DNA from: Torpedo marmorata
Lineage: Eukaryota
Assembly: GCA_977017645.1 (NCBI GenBank)
Contig: OZ360226.1
Location: forward strand, 66,464,001-66,528,000
Length of the DNA stretch: 64,000 nt
Reading direction: 5' to 3'
Shown here: in pieces, positions 48,067-61,954 of the stretch
How positions within the stretch are numbered: position 1 is the first letter of the stretch
Layout: every line of letters starts with the position of its first letter
Position numbers and translations under genes: made by a program
The notes under the pieces: generated by a model
What the model saw: the letters and a program-made list of their open reading frames with translations, nothing else
The model's database searches: none
Told to the model about the DNA's origin: nothing

Positions 48067-51000
48067 AGTTATGATAATAAATGTTGTGTAAAATCTGTTG
48101 GGGGGGGGTGGACTTTTTGTTTTCTCCTTCCTAGCCGTATACCACCTTAGTGGTGAGGGCCACTTCCCGAGTAATGGAGGGGGGTAATACTGGGGTAATT
48201 TTGCCAGTATTGTATACAGTGGGGTTTTGTTTCTTTTCTATTTTCTTTTTCTTTCTTTTTCTTTTTAAGGAGATGTCAATTAGATTACGAATGTGGAGGA
48301 GGGTGCTGGTGGATCTGATGGAGAGAGACTTATTAAGATTTAGTAATGATGGATAGTAAAACAATAAATGTAGTAAGTATTAATATAAATGGGCTAAATA
48401 ACCCGATTAAAAGGAAGAAAACTTTAGCGTATATTAAAAAGTTAAATGTAGATATAGCTTTTTTACAAGAGACACATTTGACAGATTTAGAACATCAGAA
48501 GTTGAAGAGAGAATGGGTTGGCCAAGTGGTTGCTTCTTCATTTAATTCTAAAGCAAGAGGAGTGGCTATATTAGTTAATAAAAAGTTACCTTTTAAAATA
48601 CAATCTGTGGTTATAGATGTGGTAGGTAGATATGTTTTAATACATTGTCAGATATATTCAGAATTGTGGACACTTATGAATATATATGTCCCAAATATGG
48701 AAGATGAACAATTTATTCAAGATTCTTTTATGCATTTGTCAGAAGCTAATGATAATATTTTAATTGGTGGGGATTTTAATTGTTGTTTAGATCCGATAAT
48801 GGATAAAACATCGAAATCAGTTGTTAAATCTAAAATTGCTAAAAGAATTCTTATTTTGATGAGAGACTTAAATGTAATAGATATTTGGAGAAAATTGAAC
48901 CCTAGAGAAAAAGATTAAAAGATTATTCTTTTTATTCTTTTAGACATGATTCATATTCTAGGATAGATATGTTTTTATTGTCCTCAAGTCCAAGATAGGG
49001 TAACACAAGCACGTTATAAAGCAAGAATAATTTCTGATCATTCGTCGTTATTAATGTCTTGTATAATTCCAGAAAAAGAAAAAACTATATATAGGTGGAG
49101 ATTTAATTCTTCTTTATTAAAAAGAATGGATTTTTGTGATTATATAAGAAGAGAAATTCAAGAATTTTTACAAATAAATTATAATTCGATTGATAATAAA
49201 TTTATTATTTGGGAAGCTTTAAAGGCTTATTTAAGAGGCCAAATAATAAGTTATTCAGCAAAAATTAAGAAGGACTATGTTTGGGAGGTGGATAATTTGG
49301 AGAGAGAGATTGAATTTTTGGAGAAGGACTTGCAAAAAAAAAGAGATCAGAAGAAAAGAGAAAAAATTTAATTGGGAAAAAATTGCATTATAATATGTTA
49401 CAAACATATAAAATGGAAAAATTAATTGGAAGAACTAAGCAAACATATTATGAATTGGGAGAAAGAGCACATAAAGTGTTGGCGTGGCAACTAAAGAAAG
49501 ATCAAACTTCTACAACCATAAATGCTATAAAAAAGAATTCTAAGAAAATAACATAAACCTCGAGAAATAAATGATTCTTTTAAAGATTTTTATTTGAATT
49601 TATATAAATCTCAGATTGATGAAGATGATTCTAAAATTAATGAATTTCTATCTAAAATTAAGTTACCTGGATTAAATACTCAAAGTAAAGAATTTTTGGA
49701 TTCGTCTTTCTCAATGAGGGAAGTTAACGATGTTCTTAGTTCTTTAACGAGTGGTAAATCTCCAGGGGAGGATGGTTTCCCATCAGAATTTTATAAAGAG
49801 TTTAAAGATTTATTGATACCTCCATATATGGATGTGTTGAAACAAATAACGGAAACTCATTCGTTACCGGAAACATTTTCAAATGCAATGATTACAGTTA
49901 TACCTAAAAAAGATAGAGATGTGTTGAAAACAGAATCATATAGACCAATTTCATTGTTAAATATGGATTATAAGATAATGGCGAAAATTTTAGCAAATAG
50001 AGTGGCTAATTATTTACCAGATTTAATCCATGTAGATCAAGCTGGTTTTATTAAGAATAGATATTCATAAGATAACATAGCTAGATTAATTAGTTTAATT
50101 AATGTGGAGAAAAAAAAGATGATTTAGCATTAGTATTAACATTAGATGCTGAAAAGGCTTTTGACAGATAAGAGTGGAATTATTTATTTAAGGTATTGGG
50201 GAAATTTGGTTTTGGAACTACATTTATTAATTGGCTTAAAACTATATTTAAAGAACCATCTGCTAAAGTGGTGACAAATGGACAAATTTCTTCAAAATTT
50301 TCTTTGACTAGGTCTTTGTCGCCAGCATTGTTTATTTTAGTAATAGAACCTTTGGCAGAATTAATTAGACAAGATATTAAGATTGCAGGTATTAAAGTTG
50401 GAAGAGAAGAGCATAAAATTAGTTTATTTGCAGATGATGTATTGATTTATATGACAAAACCTATTACTTCTTTAATGCAATTGACTGTTTTATTGAGAGA
50501 ATATGGGGAAATATCTGGTTATAAGATTAATTCTGATAAAAGTGAAATTATGGCATTGACACAAGGGAATTATAGTAAATGTAAAGAAATTACACAATTT
50601 AAATGGTCAAAGGAAGGAATTAAATATTTGGGAATAAAGATTGATACAAAATTAACTAATCTATATAAATTAAATTATTTACCATTATTTATGAAAATTA
50701 AAAAAGATTTAGAAAGCTGGAAGGATTTACCTATAACTTTAATAGGAAGGGTAAATTGTATTAAAATGAATGTTTTTCCAAGAATTCAATATCTTTTTCA
50801 ATCAATTCCTTATTAAATCCCTTCAAAAATTTTTTAAGATTTAAATTTAATTATTAGGAAGTTTCTGTGGAAAGGAAAGTTGGCTAGAGTCGGTATGGAG
50901 AAGTTAACTTGGAAATATGAAATGGGTGGTTTGCAACTTCCTAATTTTCAAAATTATTATAAAGCAGATCAATTAAAATTTGTTAATGAAATGTTTGATT

Positions 51001-51888
51001 TAGCTAAGTCTTCTGCTTGGATTAGAATAGAATTAAATAATATAGGAGAAGATTTGAAAGAAGAAGTTATTTATAAATGGAATTCTAAATTATTATTAAC
51101 AAAAGGGAAGAATTCTCCTATTTTTAAACATTTGTTAGAAATATGGAATAGTGTGGATAGGGAGATAGGAGGGAAAAGGTCGATTTCTCCAAAAATGCCT
51201 TTATATCAAAATAAACTTATTCCATTTACTGTTGATAATCAATTATTTAAAATTTGGTTCCAAAAGGGAATTAAGAAAATAAATGATTGTTTTGAAGCTG
51301 GTAAATTTATTACCTTTCAAAGAATGAAAGATAAGTTTAATGTATTGAATAATACACTTTTTGCTTATTATCAAATTAGAGCATTTTTAGTTGGGAAGTT
51401 AGGCTATAGTTTGACTTTACCAAGACAGAGTGAATTAGAATTATTAGTTACTAATGGAGGTGTAAATAAATTTATTTCTCAAATGTATAGATTGTTTCAG
51501 AGAAAAATCCCTAAAGTAAGAATTCATAAATCAAGATTAAATTGGGAATCAGATTTGAATGTAACAATAGATGAAGAACATTGGAAAGAATTATGTAAAC
51601 TAAGTATGACGAAGATTATTAATATTAGATATAGATTAGTTCAATATAATTTTTTTCATCAATTATATTTAATGCTTAAAAAATTAAAGAAATTTAATTC
51701 GACATTATCAGGCTTATGTTTTAGATGTAACAGAGAGGAAGGTTCTTTTGTACATTCTACATGGTTTTGTCCAAAGATTTATGATTTTTGGTTGAAAGTT
51801 AAAAAGATTTTAGACAAAGTATTAAGAATTACACTCCCAAATGGACCCTATGATATTTTTGTATGGAGATATTAAAAGAATTAGTATT

Positions 51889-54750
51889 TTTTATTTATTT
51901 TTTATTTTATTTAAAGTTTTAAATCACAAAATACATAAAATAAAATATAAAATTGTCAAAATACATGTGATACATTTTCACCCCCCCCCACCTCCCTCCC
52001 CTCCCTAACCCCCCCCCATCCCCACTAATCTAGTAATATAAAGTAAAAGTAAAAATAAAAATAGAAAAAAGAAAGAAAGGAAAAGATGGAATAAGGGGAA
52101 TATCATCTATAAACTAATTCTATTACGGAGGTCAAGTATGCCAGTAGATCCGATATCTAGAGATCTTCAAATCCTTAAACCTACAGCTCTCATATATGGG
52201 CTCCAAATTTTCAAAAATAAATGATATTTATTACTTAAATTATAAGTAATTTTTTCCAGTGGTATACACGAGCGGAGCTCTGCATGCCATCTTTCTAATC
52301 CTAAATCTAAGTCAGATTTCCAAGTAATAGCAATGCATTTTTTCGAAACCGCTAAAGCAATTCGTAAAAATTCTACTTGAAACATATTTCATTTCTTTTT
52401 AATACTAAATTTTCTAATATCTCCAAATAAAAATAACATAGGATCCATTGGAAATGTAATATTAAATATTTTATCTAAAATTTTTTTAACTTTCAACCAA
52501 AAATCTTGAATCTTTGGACAAAACCATGTAGAATGAACAAAATAACCTTCCTCATTATTGCATCTAAAACATAATTCTGATAATGTCGGATTAAATTTCT
52601 TTAATTTTTTTAGGTGTTAAATATAATTGATGAAAGAAATGATATTGTACTAATCTATATCTAACATTAATAATTTTCGTCATACTTAACTTACATAAAT
52701 CTTTCCAATGATTTTCATCTATATTTACATTTAAATCTAATTCCCATTTCAATCTTGATTTATGCAATCCTATTTTAGGCATTTTCCTCCGAAACAATTT
52801 ATACATTTGAGAAATAAATTTATTAACTTCTCCATTAGTAACTAATAATTCTAATTCATTTTGTCTTGGTAAAATCAAAGCATGACCTAATTTCTCAGTT
52901 AAAAAAGCTTTAACTTGATAATAAGCTAAAAATGTATTATCTGGTATATTAAATTTATTTTTCATTCTTTGAAACGTGATAAATTTTCCAGCTTCAAAAC
53001 AATCATTAATCTTCTTAATACCTTTTTGAAACCAAATTTTAAATAACTGATTATTAACAGTAAATGATATAAGTCCATTTTGATATAGTGGCATATTTGA
53101 AGAAATTAATCCTCTTCCACCTATCTCTTTATCCATCTTACCCCATATTTCTAACAAATGTTTAATAATCGGTGAATTTTTCTTTTTTACTGATATTAAT
53201 TTAGAATCCCATTTATAAATAATTTCTTCTTTAAAATTTTCTCCTATATTATTTAATTCTATTTTAATCCAAGCAGAAGATTTAGTTGAATCAAAAAATT
53301 CATTAACAAATTTTAATTGGGCTGCTTTATAATAATTTTGAAAATTAGGAAGTTGCATTCCACCCAACTCATAATTCCAGGTTAACTTTTCCATGCTTAC
53401 TCTTGCTAACTTTCCTTTCCATAAAAATTTCCTAATAATAAAATTTAAATCTTTTTAAAAATTTTGAGGAATTCCAAAAGGAATTGATTGAAAAAGATAC
53501 TGAACTCTTGGAAAAATATTCATTTTAATACAGTTTACCCTTCCCATTAAAGTTATGGGTAAATCTTTCCAATTCTCTAAATCTTTCTTTATTTTCACAA
53601 ATAATGGTAGATAATTTAATTTATATAAGTTTTCCAATTTTGTATCAACCTTAACCCCCAAAAATTTAATTCCTTCTTTAGCCCATTTAAATTGTGTAAT
53701 TTCTTTACATCTAGTGTAATCACCTTGAGATAAAGCCATTATTTCACTCTTATCTGAATTAATTTTATATCCAGATATTTCACCATATTCTCTTAATATA
53801 ATAGATAATTGTTGAAGTGATATAGTAGATTTTGTCATATATATCAATACATCATTTACAAACAAACTAATCTTATGTTCTTCCGTACCAACTTTAATAC
53901 CCACTATTTTAGGATCTTTTCTAACTAATTCAGCCAAGGGTTCTATCGCCAAAACAAATAAAGCTGGTGACAGGGGACATCCCTGTCTCGTAGAACGTGT
54001 CAAAGAAAATTTTGGCGATATTTGTCCATTTGTAATTACTTTAGCTGATGGTTCTTTATATATAGTTTTAATCCAATTTATAAATGTATTTCCAAAACCA
54101 AATTTTTCTAATACCTTAAATAAAAAATTCCATTCTAATCTATCAAAAGCCTTTTCAGCATCTAATGTTAGAACTAATGGTAAATCTTGTTTCTTTTTAT
54201 GCAAACTAATTAAACTAATTAATCTAGCTATATTATCCTTTGAATATCTATTTTTAATAAAACCAGCTTGGTCTAGATGTACCAAATCTGGCAAATATTT
54301 AGCCATTCTATTTGCTAAAATTTTTGCCTTTATTTTATAATCTACATTTAATAATGAAATAGGTCTATATGATTCAGTTTTTAATACATCTCTATCCTTC
54401 TTTGGTATAACTGTAATTATAGCATTTAAAAATGTTTTCGGTAATGAATGAGTTTCCGTAATTTGATCTAATACTTCCATATATGGAGGTATCAATAAAT
54501 CTTTAAATTCTTTATAAAATTCTGATGAAAACCCATCATCATCCGGAGATTTACCACTCTTCAACGAAGAAAAAACTTCACGAACTTCTCTCATTGTAAA
54601 AGGCAAATCTAAAGAATCTCTACTCCGAATATTCAATTTAGGTAATGTGATTTTAAATAAGAATCTATTAATTTTAGAATCATCTTGATCAATCTGCGAT
54701 CTATATAAATTCTGATAATAGTCTTTAAAAGATTCATTTATCTCTTGAGG
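51889..54750 (-). mobile_element. 5'-truncated antisense L1 inserted in the host L1 ORF2
   Basis: 17-bp TSD ttaaaagaattagtatt at 51872-51888 and 54751-54767; RT ORF 53455-54636. Confidence 0.95.
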
Positions 54751-56114
54751 TTAAAAGAATTAGTATTAAGATGAAATTAAATATGTATCAAATAGAATTT
54801 TTGCGAATTCCTTTAGCTGTTTCTAAGAAATGTATTGCTATTGCTTGGAAATCTGATGTAGATTTAGGGTTAGAAAGATGGCATGCAGAACTTTGTTCAT
54901 GTATACCACTTGAAAAAATTACTTATAATTTACGTAATAAATATCATATCTTTTTGAAAATATGGAGCCCATATATGAAGGCTGTTGGTTTAAGGATTTG
55001 AAGATCTCTGGACATCGGATCTAACTGGCGAACCTATCCTCCACAATAAAATTAGTTTATAGATGTATTTTTTAGATTGACATTCTCCTTATTCTATCTT
55101 TTTCTTTCTTTTTTATTTTTATTTTAGCAGATTAGTAGGGAGGGGAGGGAGGGCGGGGGGGGGTGAAAATGTATCACAAGTATTTTGATAATTTCATATT
55201 TTACCTTATGTATTTTGTGATTTAAAATTTTAAATAAAATATTTTTTAAAAAAAGGAAAAACATTGGTTCCTCAGGGTCATATTACAAATAAATAAAGGT
55301 GGTGAGCGGAATAACTCACTGTGTAAGTCAAATGATCACAATGTGAAGCTTGACTTAGCCATTATAACATTGCGAATGTGTCATCAGTAGTATTCAGGTT
55401 CTAGCAAAAATAAATTTGTATCATAGCTCTGATTTTTTCCAAACAGATATTAATATACACTTACCCTAACTAGACTTGGAAGGGTCTTACATGTTAGTAC
55501 TGAGGCCAAATTCAAAAGCAGAACAAAAGACTATGTCCAATACTGATATGAAAAAAAAACTCCCAACTAATATTGCTTATGGTATTGTGATTAATTAGGA
55601 CTAACATACACCTTCAAAAATTTGATTGGAGAATTGCTGGTATTGATTCTTGTAATTTTTTATTTTGGGTGTTAACTAGATTCTCATATCTGCACATGAA
55701 ACAAATGACAGTGTTTATCCTTCACAGAACATTTCCTCAGTTCAATTTAGTGCAATTTATAGATGGTTCATGCTGCTGTTACAATCCAACAGTGGTTGAA
55801 GTGAATCTCAAAATGAGTAGTTCGGGAACCAATCAAATGGGTACCTGGATGGTGTCAAACTTCTTGAGTGATTTTTGAGTTGCACTGACCCAGGCAAAGA
55901 GAGGTGAATCCATTTCATTCCTGAATTGTATTGTGTTGAAAGATTTCTGACTTGCTCTTGTAGCCACAGTACATAGATGGATATCCACTCTGGTCAACAG
56001 TGACTTGGCAATGGTAATAACTTTTTTGTCCACTAGATATTTGGACTATTTTTTTGAAACTGCTCATTGTTTGCATTTGTCTGGCATAAATATTACTTGC
56101 CTCATCAGCCATTT

Positions 56115-56350
56115 TTAAAAATTTTAGACGTATCACAAGGTAACAGGCCCTTCAGCCCACAAACCTGTGCCCCCCAAATACACCATTTAATCTACAACCC
56201 CTGCACATTTTTGAAGGGTGGGAGGAAACTGGAGCACAATGCAGACATGGGGAGAACATACAAACTCCTTATAAACAGCACTGTTTTGAACCTGGGTCGC
56301 TGGCACTGTAATAGCATTGTGCTAACCACTACACTAACCCCTGCCGCCCA
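56115..56350 (-). mobile_element. V-SINE
   Basis: Homologous to 38845-39098. Confidence 0.8.
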
Positions 56351-56744
56351 ATGTCTACATACTGTCTTGGTATTAAAGATACAAGTGACTGCAGATGTCT
56401 ATCAAAAAACACAACAAATTGCTGAAGGAACTCAGCAGGTTGAGCAGGATCTGTTGGGGCCTGGTGAGGGTGGGGGGGTGGGGGGGGGCGGAAAGAGGAA
56501 ATGATGACAATTCGGGTCAGGACTCTGCACCAGGACTGAGAGCGGAGAGGGAAGTTAGCCAGTATATAGAAAGGGGAGTAGTAAGATGGGGGCCAGTAGG
56601 TGATAGGTGGACCAAGAAGGGATGAAGGACAGGTGTAGCCAGGTAGTGGAGAGAGAGGGGTTGTTGGGAGACAGAGGCAGGTAAGTGATATGTGTATGTA
56701 AAAAGAGGGAAAAAAGGCAGATGGAACCAGGTGGGGGAGGGGAG

Positions 56745-57546
56745 GGTGAAGGTGGAGACTGGGGAGCGTGGGAGTGGAGTCACAGCGCTCCCGCGGGGTC
56801 GAGCCACCCAGTCGACTGCCGTCGGTTCCGCACGGGCTTTGAACGGCCCGTTAAAGGAGCCGACGGTGGTTTTATTTGAGATCCCACGACCGCGGGGTCT
56901 GTGCCCAAGATGGCAGCGCCTTTTAACCGGCAGCAGCCACGAGGGGCTGCAGACTCCGGGCAAGCGGAGGACTGGAGCAGGGCACCAGTGGACGGGAAGA
57001 TCACCCCCGTCTGAGAAGGAGAAGCGGAGGAGACGACCCACGGGACGGTGACCACGGCGGCCAACCTCCAGCAGACCGGTGAGGGACTCTGAGGCTGAAG
57101 GACCAGTGCATGCGGCGGGCTGCTGGCGACTCCAGGCGAGGAACCCGTGGAGGCTGTGGGCTGCTGTCGGGGGACTCACGTCGGGCTGCGGACTGCTGGA
57201 GGTTGGCTCGAACTGGCTGGAGGAGTACCAAGTATCGGAACCGGGATGCGAGGGGGTGCCGAGGGCGACCTGACCGTGTCGGAGGTTCGGATCTGGAGCT
57301 CGGGATGCCGATCGTTTGGACTGGACTCTGTGTGGCTGCGGAAGCGCTGGAGGCGAATCTATGGACACTCGGTGACTCTGGGGGGACTCTCTTTTGCTTC
57401 TCTTTCTCTGACTGTAAGGAATGTTAGAGGCGCTTAGGCAATTTCTGCCGATGGCGAATCTGTCTGCCTTGCAGCAGGCAAAAATAAATTTCGTGGTATA
57501 TGACACTGTCTTAATGCTATGACAATAAATTGAATCTTGATCTTGA
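56745..57546 (+). mobile_element. CpG-rich non-autonomous retroposon with a Rex1-like 3' end, inserted in a Penelope remnant
   Basis: caagatggc (YY1-like) motif; 3' end gcaggcaaaaataaatttc...gacaataaattgaatcttgatcttga parallels Rex1 tails in this window; no RT coding found. Left boundary approximate. Confidence 0.55.
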
Positions 57547-57610
57547 ATAATCGGGAACAGAAAGGCTACCCGTGGTGGAATCTAGTAAATCAGGTAACAA
57601 TGGGAACAAT

Positions 57611-59283
57611 CAAGGGCGTACGAACCAGGGGGGCGGGGGGGGGGGAACTGCCCTCCCAAACTCGGACAAAACAGTGGGGAAAATTCAGGTAAAGCAAGAA
57701 TTAAAAAAATAAAAATAAATAAAAATCGGACAGAGAAAGCAAAAAGATAAACAAATTAACCCGATTGACATGGGTGGCCATTTTGCAGGCGGGCCGTCGA
57801 GCATGTGTGAAAGAAGCAAAATGGCGACGAGGCGAGGACTGTGCATCGGGAAAGCCGCTTCGAGGCCGGCTCTCCGAAGGATCGAGGGGGCAGGAGATCC
57901 TGTCCGACCGTTTCCCCGTGTTTGTCCCTGTCTGTTTATTGCGGTGATTTGTGGAGAAATGGAGCGGCTGGCACCGTTTGGCAGTCAGTAGCCCTCGACT
58001 GACTCAAAGGGGGAAGCCGCGGCGCCGAGCCCCCAGGCAGTGGGGGGGGGGTGTGGGCTGGACTCACACCGAGACCCCGGGCGAAAGTATGCCAACATGT
58101 CTGTTGGCAAAAATGTTGACCAAATAATTGATATTTTTCACAAGATAAAGGAACAGAAGCAGGCCATTCGGACCATCGAGTCTGTTCTTCAACTCCACCC
58201 TGAGCTAAACTGTTCTCACATCTAAATCCAATTTCCGGCCTTTCCCCTATATCCCTTGATACCCTGACCAATCAGATACCTATCAATCGCCTCCTTAAAA
58301 TCCCCCAAAGATTGGGCCTCCACAGCTGTATGTGGCAACGAATTCCACAAATCCACGACCCTCTGGCTAAAGAAATTCCTCCTCATCTCTGTTCTAAATG
58401 GGTACCCTCTAATTCTAAGACTGTGCCCTCTTGTCCTGGATTCACCCACCAAGGGAAACATCTTATTTCCATCTACTCTGTCCAATCCTTTCAGTATTCA
58501 AAATGTTTCTATGAGATCCCCTCACATTCTTCTATACTCCAAGGAATTCAGTCCAAGAGCCGCTAAACCTTCCTCATATGTTAGCTCTTGCATTCCAGGA
58601 ATCATCCTGGTAAATCTTCTCTGTACTCTCTCCAACATTATTACATCCCTTCTAAGGGGCCCAAAACTGCACACAGTACTCCAAATGAGGTCTCACCAGT
58701 GCCCCATAGAGCCTCATCAACACCTCTTTACTCTTATACATTATTCCTCTTGAAATGAATGCCAACATAGCATTTGCTTTCTTTACTGCCGATCCAACCT
58801 GGTGGTTAACCTTTAGGTTATCCTGCATGAGGACCCCCAATCCCTTTGCACTTCCGAATTTTCTCCCCATCCAAATAATAATCTGCCTGATTATTTCCTC
58901 TTCCAAAATGTACAACCGTGCATTTCTCAACATTATATCTCACCTGCCATTTCTTTGCCCACTCTCCTAAGCTGTCCAGGTCTCTCTGCAACCTTTCGAT
59001 TTCTTCAACACTTTCTACTCCACCACCTATCTTGGTGTCATCTGCAAACTTAGCCACAAAACCATTCAATCCGTAATCTAAATCATCTATATACATGTGC
59101 TAAGAAAGGCAGAAAACAATATTTCTTTTACGTTGCATGTTGTGTGATTTGTGCTAACTGTGTATCGTCGATAGATAAAAATACTTTTTATTAGAAATTG
59201 GTACTTGTGTTTTTATCTGTGTAAAATTTCGGGCAAATGAACCCCTCTGCCCCCCTTAACCAAAGAGTCCCCATACGCCCATG
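57611..59283. mobile_element. Non-autonomous hAT-like element with a nested CR1
   Basis: TIRs caagggcgtacg / catacgcccatg; 8-bp TSD ggaaYaat at 57603-57610 and 59284-59291. Confidence 0.75.
58137..59096 (-). mobile_element. CR1 3' fragment
   Basis: KFADDTKIGG, LVRPHLEYCVQFWAP, FFSQRVVDLWNSLP. Confidence 0.92.
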
Positions 59284-59714
59284 GGAATAATTATGGGAGA
59301 GGGGAAGGGCAGATGGAATCTGATGGTGAAAGGGATCCAATGTGTGGAAAGTAGATGGTTGGAACCAGGTGGGATAGGGGTCAAAATGGATCATGGGGGG
59401 GGGGGCTGCAGAGAGGTATGGGAAAGGAAACACTGGAGGTGGATCAGAAAGGGAGAGAGGGGGGAAAACATAAAAGGTAAGGGTTCCTGAAATTTGAAGG
59501 ATTCAATGTGCATTCATTAGCATAATGCACTGCCAATAGTCAAGACATTGGGGGGATGGAATTGCTATCAGATTTGGTCAACATCAGAGTGCAATGTGTA
59601 TGGCGTTAAAGGCACATAACACCAAGAGAAGATGGTGTCCCAAAACATTGATAAAAGAGTCCGAGACATAACCATCTTTATCTGCTTCACCAATGACCTC
59701 TCCTTCAAATAGGT

Positions 59715-60980
59715 TTTTTTTTTTTTTTTTTTTTTTTAAAACATCTTCATTTACTAGGATCTGGGTGTCACTGGCAAGACCAACATTTATTGCCCATCCA
59801 AAATTACCCTCTTGAAGGTGGTGGTGAGCCGCCATCATGAACAGGTGTAGTCATTCTGCTGAGGGCACTTCCACAGTGCTATTGGGCAATGAATTCCATG
59901 ATTTAAGCTCTGTGACAATGAACAATTGACAAAATATTTCCAAGTCAGAATAGTATGCAATTTGCAGGAGAATTACATGTGGTAGTGTGCCCATGTCCTG
60001 CTGCCCTTTTCCTTCTGGTGGTAGAAGTTGTGGGCTTAGGAGATGATATTAAAGTTGTCTGGGCAAATAACTGCAGTGGATTTTGTAGGTAGTGCATATT
60101 GCAGCCTCTGTGGGTTGATGGTGGAGGGAGTGAATGTTTACCATGGCGGATGGAATGCCAAGCATGCAGGTTGATTTGTCTTGAATGATGTTAAGCGTTT
60201 AGAGAATTGTTGGAGCTGCACATCCAGTCAAATGGAGATTAGCATAACACTCCTGACTTTCCCCTTAAACATGGTGGAATGGCCTCGTGAGTTAGATAAG
60301 AGGATACTCTGCCTCTGACCTGTTCTTGAAGCCATAATATTTATGCAGCTGGTCCAATTGAGTTTCAGGTTGATTGTAATACTCAATATGTTCATGGTGT
60401 GTTACTCGGCAATGGTAATTTTATTGAATGTCAAGAGAAGATTGCTATCCTTGTCTGCGATGACCATTGACTCACATTTTTGTGAATGATATTTGCACTT
60501 ATTAGTCCATGTCTGAAAGTTGTCCAAGTCTAGTTGCATGTAGGTATGGCTTGCTTCATTCACTGATGCATTGTGAATGGAGATGAACATTTTGCAATCA
60601 TCAACAAACATCTCCACTTCTGACCTTATGATGAAAGGAAGGTCATTCATTAAGCAACCAAAGATGGTTAGACCTAAGGAACTGCATTGATGTCCTGAGA
60701 CTGGAATGCTTGTCTCCAATACTCAGAGCTATCTTTATTTTCATCCGGAATTAGTTAATCACTCTGGAGTTCAGCTCCTTGACTTATGTTTGAACCAATG
60801 CAGTGATGCAATCTAGAGCAGAGCAGTCCTGGTAAAACCCAAATTGGGCAGTGGCAAGTGGGATATTGGTAAATGGGTCCTGCTTGATAGCTCTGTCGAT
60901 GAAAATTACTATTGCTTTCTCATGATTGAGAGCAGTCAGATCATGCAGTAATTAGACAAATTGGATTTGTCCTGCTTTTT
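59715..60980 (-). mobile_element. Old CR1-like LINE
   Basis: NDLPFIIRSEVEMFVDDC RT remnant; poly(T) and 3' tail on the left. Confidence 0.7.
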
Positions 60981-61199
60981 GTGAACATGTCCTCACAGAT
61001 GTGAAATAGGCAAAAAGGGATTGGCAGTAAACACAGATACCAACATCACATTAAAGAAGTAGAAAAATGGTTTCAAACATTATTGATTGCTGAGGTTCAA
61101 GGAGGGTAATTGCCTCCTAAATACTAAGGCCCCAGCACAAGACATATAGAGATAAAAATGGAATTTAGTGGATTTCTAGTACGATGATATATCACAACT

Positions 61200-61910
61200 A
61201 TATATGAGGCAAACTTCACTTACGAATCTGCAGGGGTCATCAACTGCATCCGGTGCTCCCATTGTGGCCTCCTCAACATCAGAGAGACTGGACGAAGACT
61301 GGGAGATTGCGTCGTTGAGCACCTTCGCTTTGTCCACTGTAATAGCGTGGATCTCCCAGTGGCAACCCATTTCAATTACCCGTCCCATTCCCAAGTCGAT
61401 ATGTCTGTCCATGGTCTCATTCACTGCCAAACTGCGACCACCCACAAATTGGAGGAACAACACCTTATATTCCGTCTGGCCACCCTCCAACCAGATGGCA
61501 TTAACATCGACTTCTCTGGTTTTCGTTAGCCCCACCCCCATCCTTCTTTTTCATTATCCCTATGTCTCCTTTCCTCCAGCTTCCCACCCCTTGTGTGTTT
61601 CTCTCTCTCTCTATACCTCTGCCTCATTTCCACCAACTCTACATTCACAGAGCTATCCCCACCCCACCGATCAATTCTCAGCTTTTCTCTCCTGCCCTCC
61701 TATCCATGTCCACCTATGGCCTCTTGACTGTTGGCCTGTGCTCCTCCCCCCACCCCTTCTTCCCCCATCTTTTTATTCAGGTGCCTGCCTGCTTTTTGCT
61801 CATACCTTGTCGAAGGGCTCAGGCACGAAACATTGGTTATATATCTTTGCCTCCTTTGGTCACTGCGGGGCCTGCTGAGTTTCTCTTGCATTTTTGTGCA
61901 TTAACTTAAT
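61200..61910 (+). mobile_element. Penelope-like element 3' part (GIY-YIG endonuclease plus pLTR)
   Basis: ETGRRLGD, DLPVATHFN.PSHS, KLEEQHLIFRLATLQPDGINIDF. Confidence 0.88.
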
Positions 61911-61954
61911 ACATGTTCTCACTCAACTGACTCAACACTAGTCACAACATAGTG

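Larger units (their letters stand above)
46511..55254 (+). mobile_element. Full-length L1 (decayed) containing a nested L1
   Basis: TSD ggaaaaRcattggt at 46497-46510 and 55255-55268; G-rich 5' end; ORF1 46643-48066; ORF2 48346-51888 resuming at 54768-55001; AATAAA plus A tail. Confidence 0.95.

Noticed and set aside
56517-57506. 329-aa minus-strand ORF
   Set aside because: Crosses the boundary of two unrelated repeats; GC-rich, no motif.
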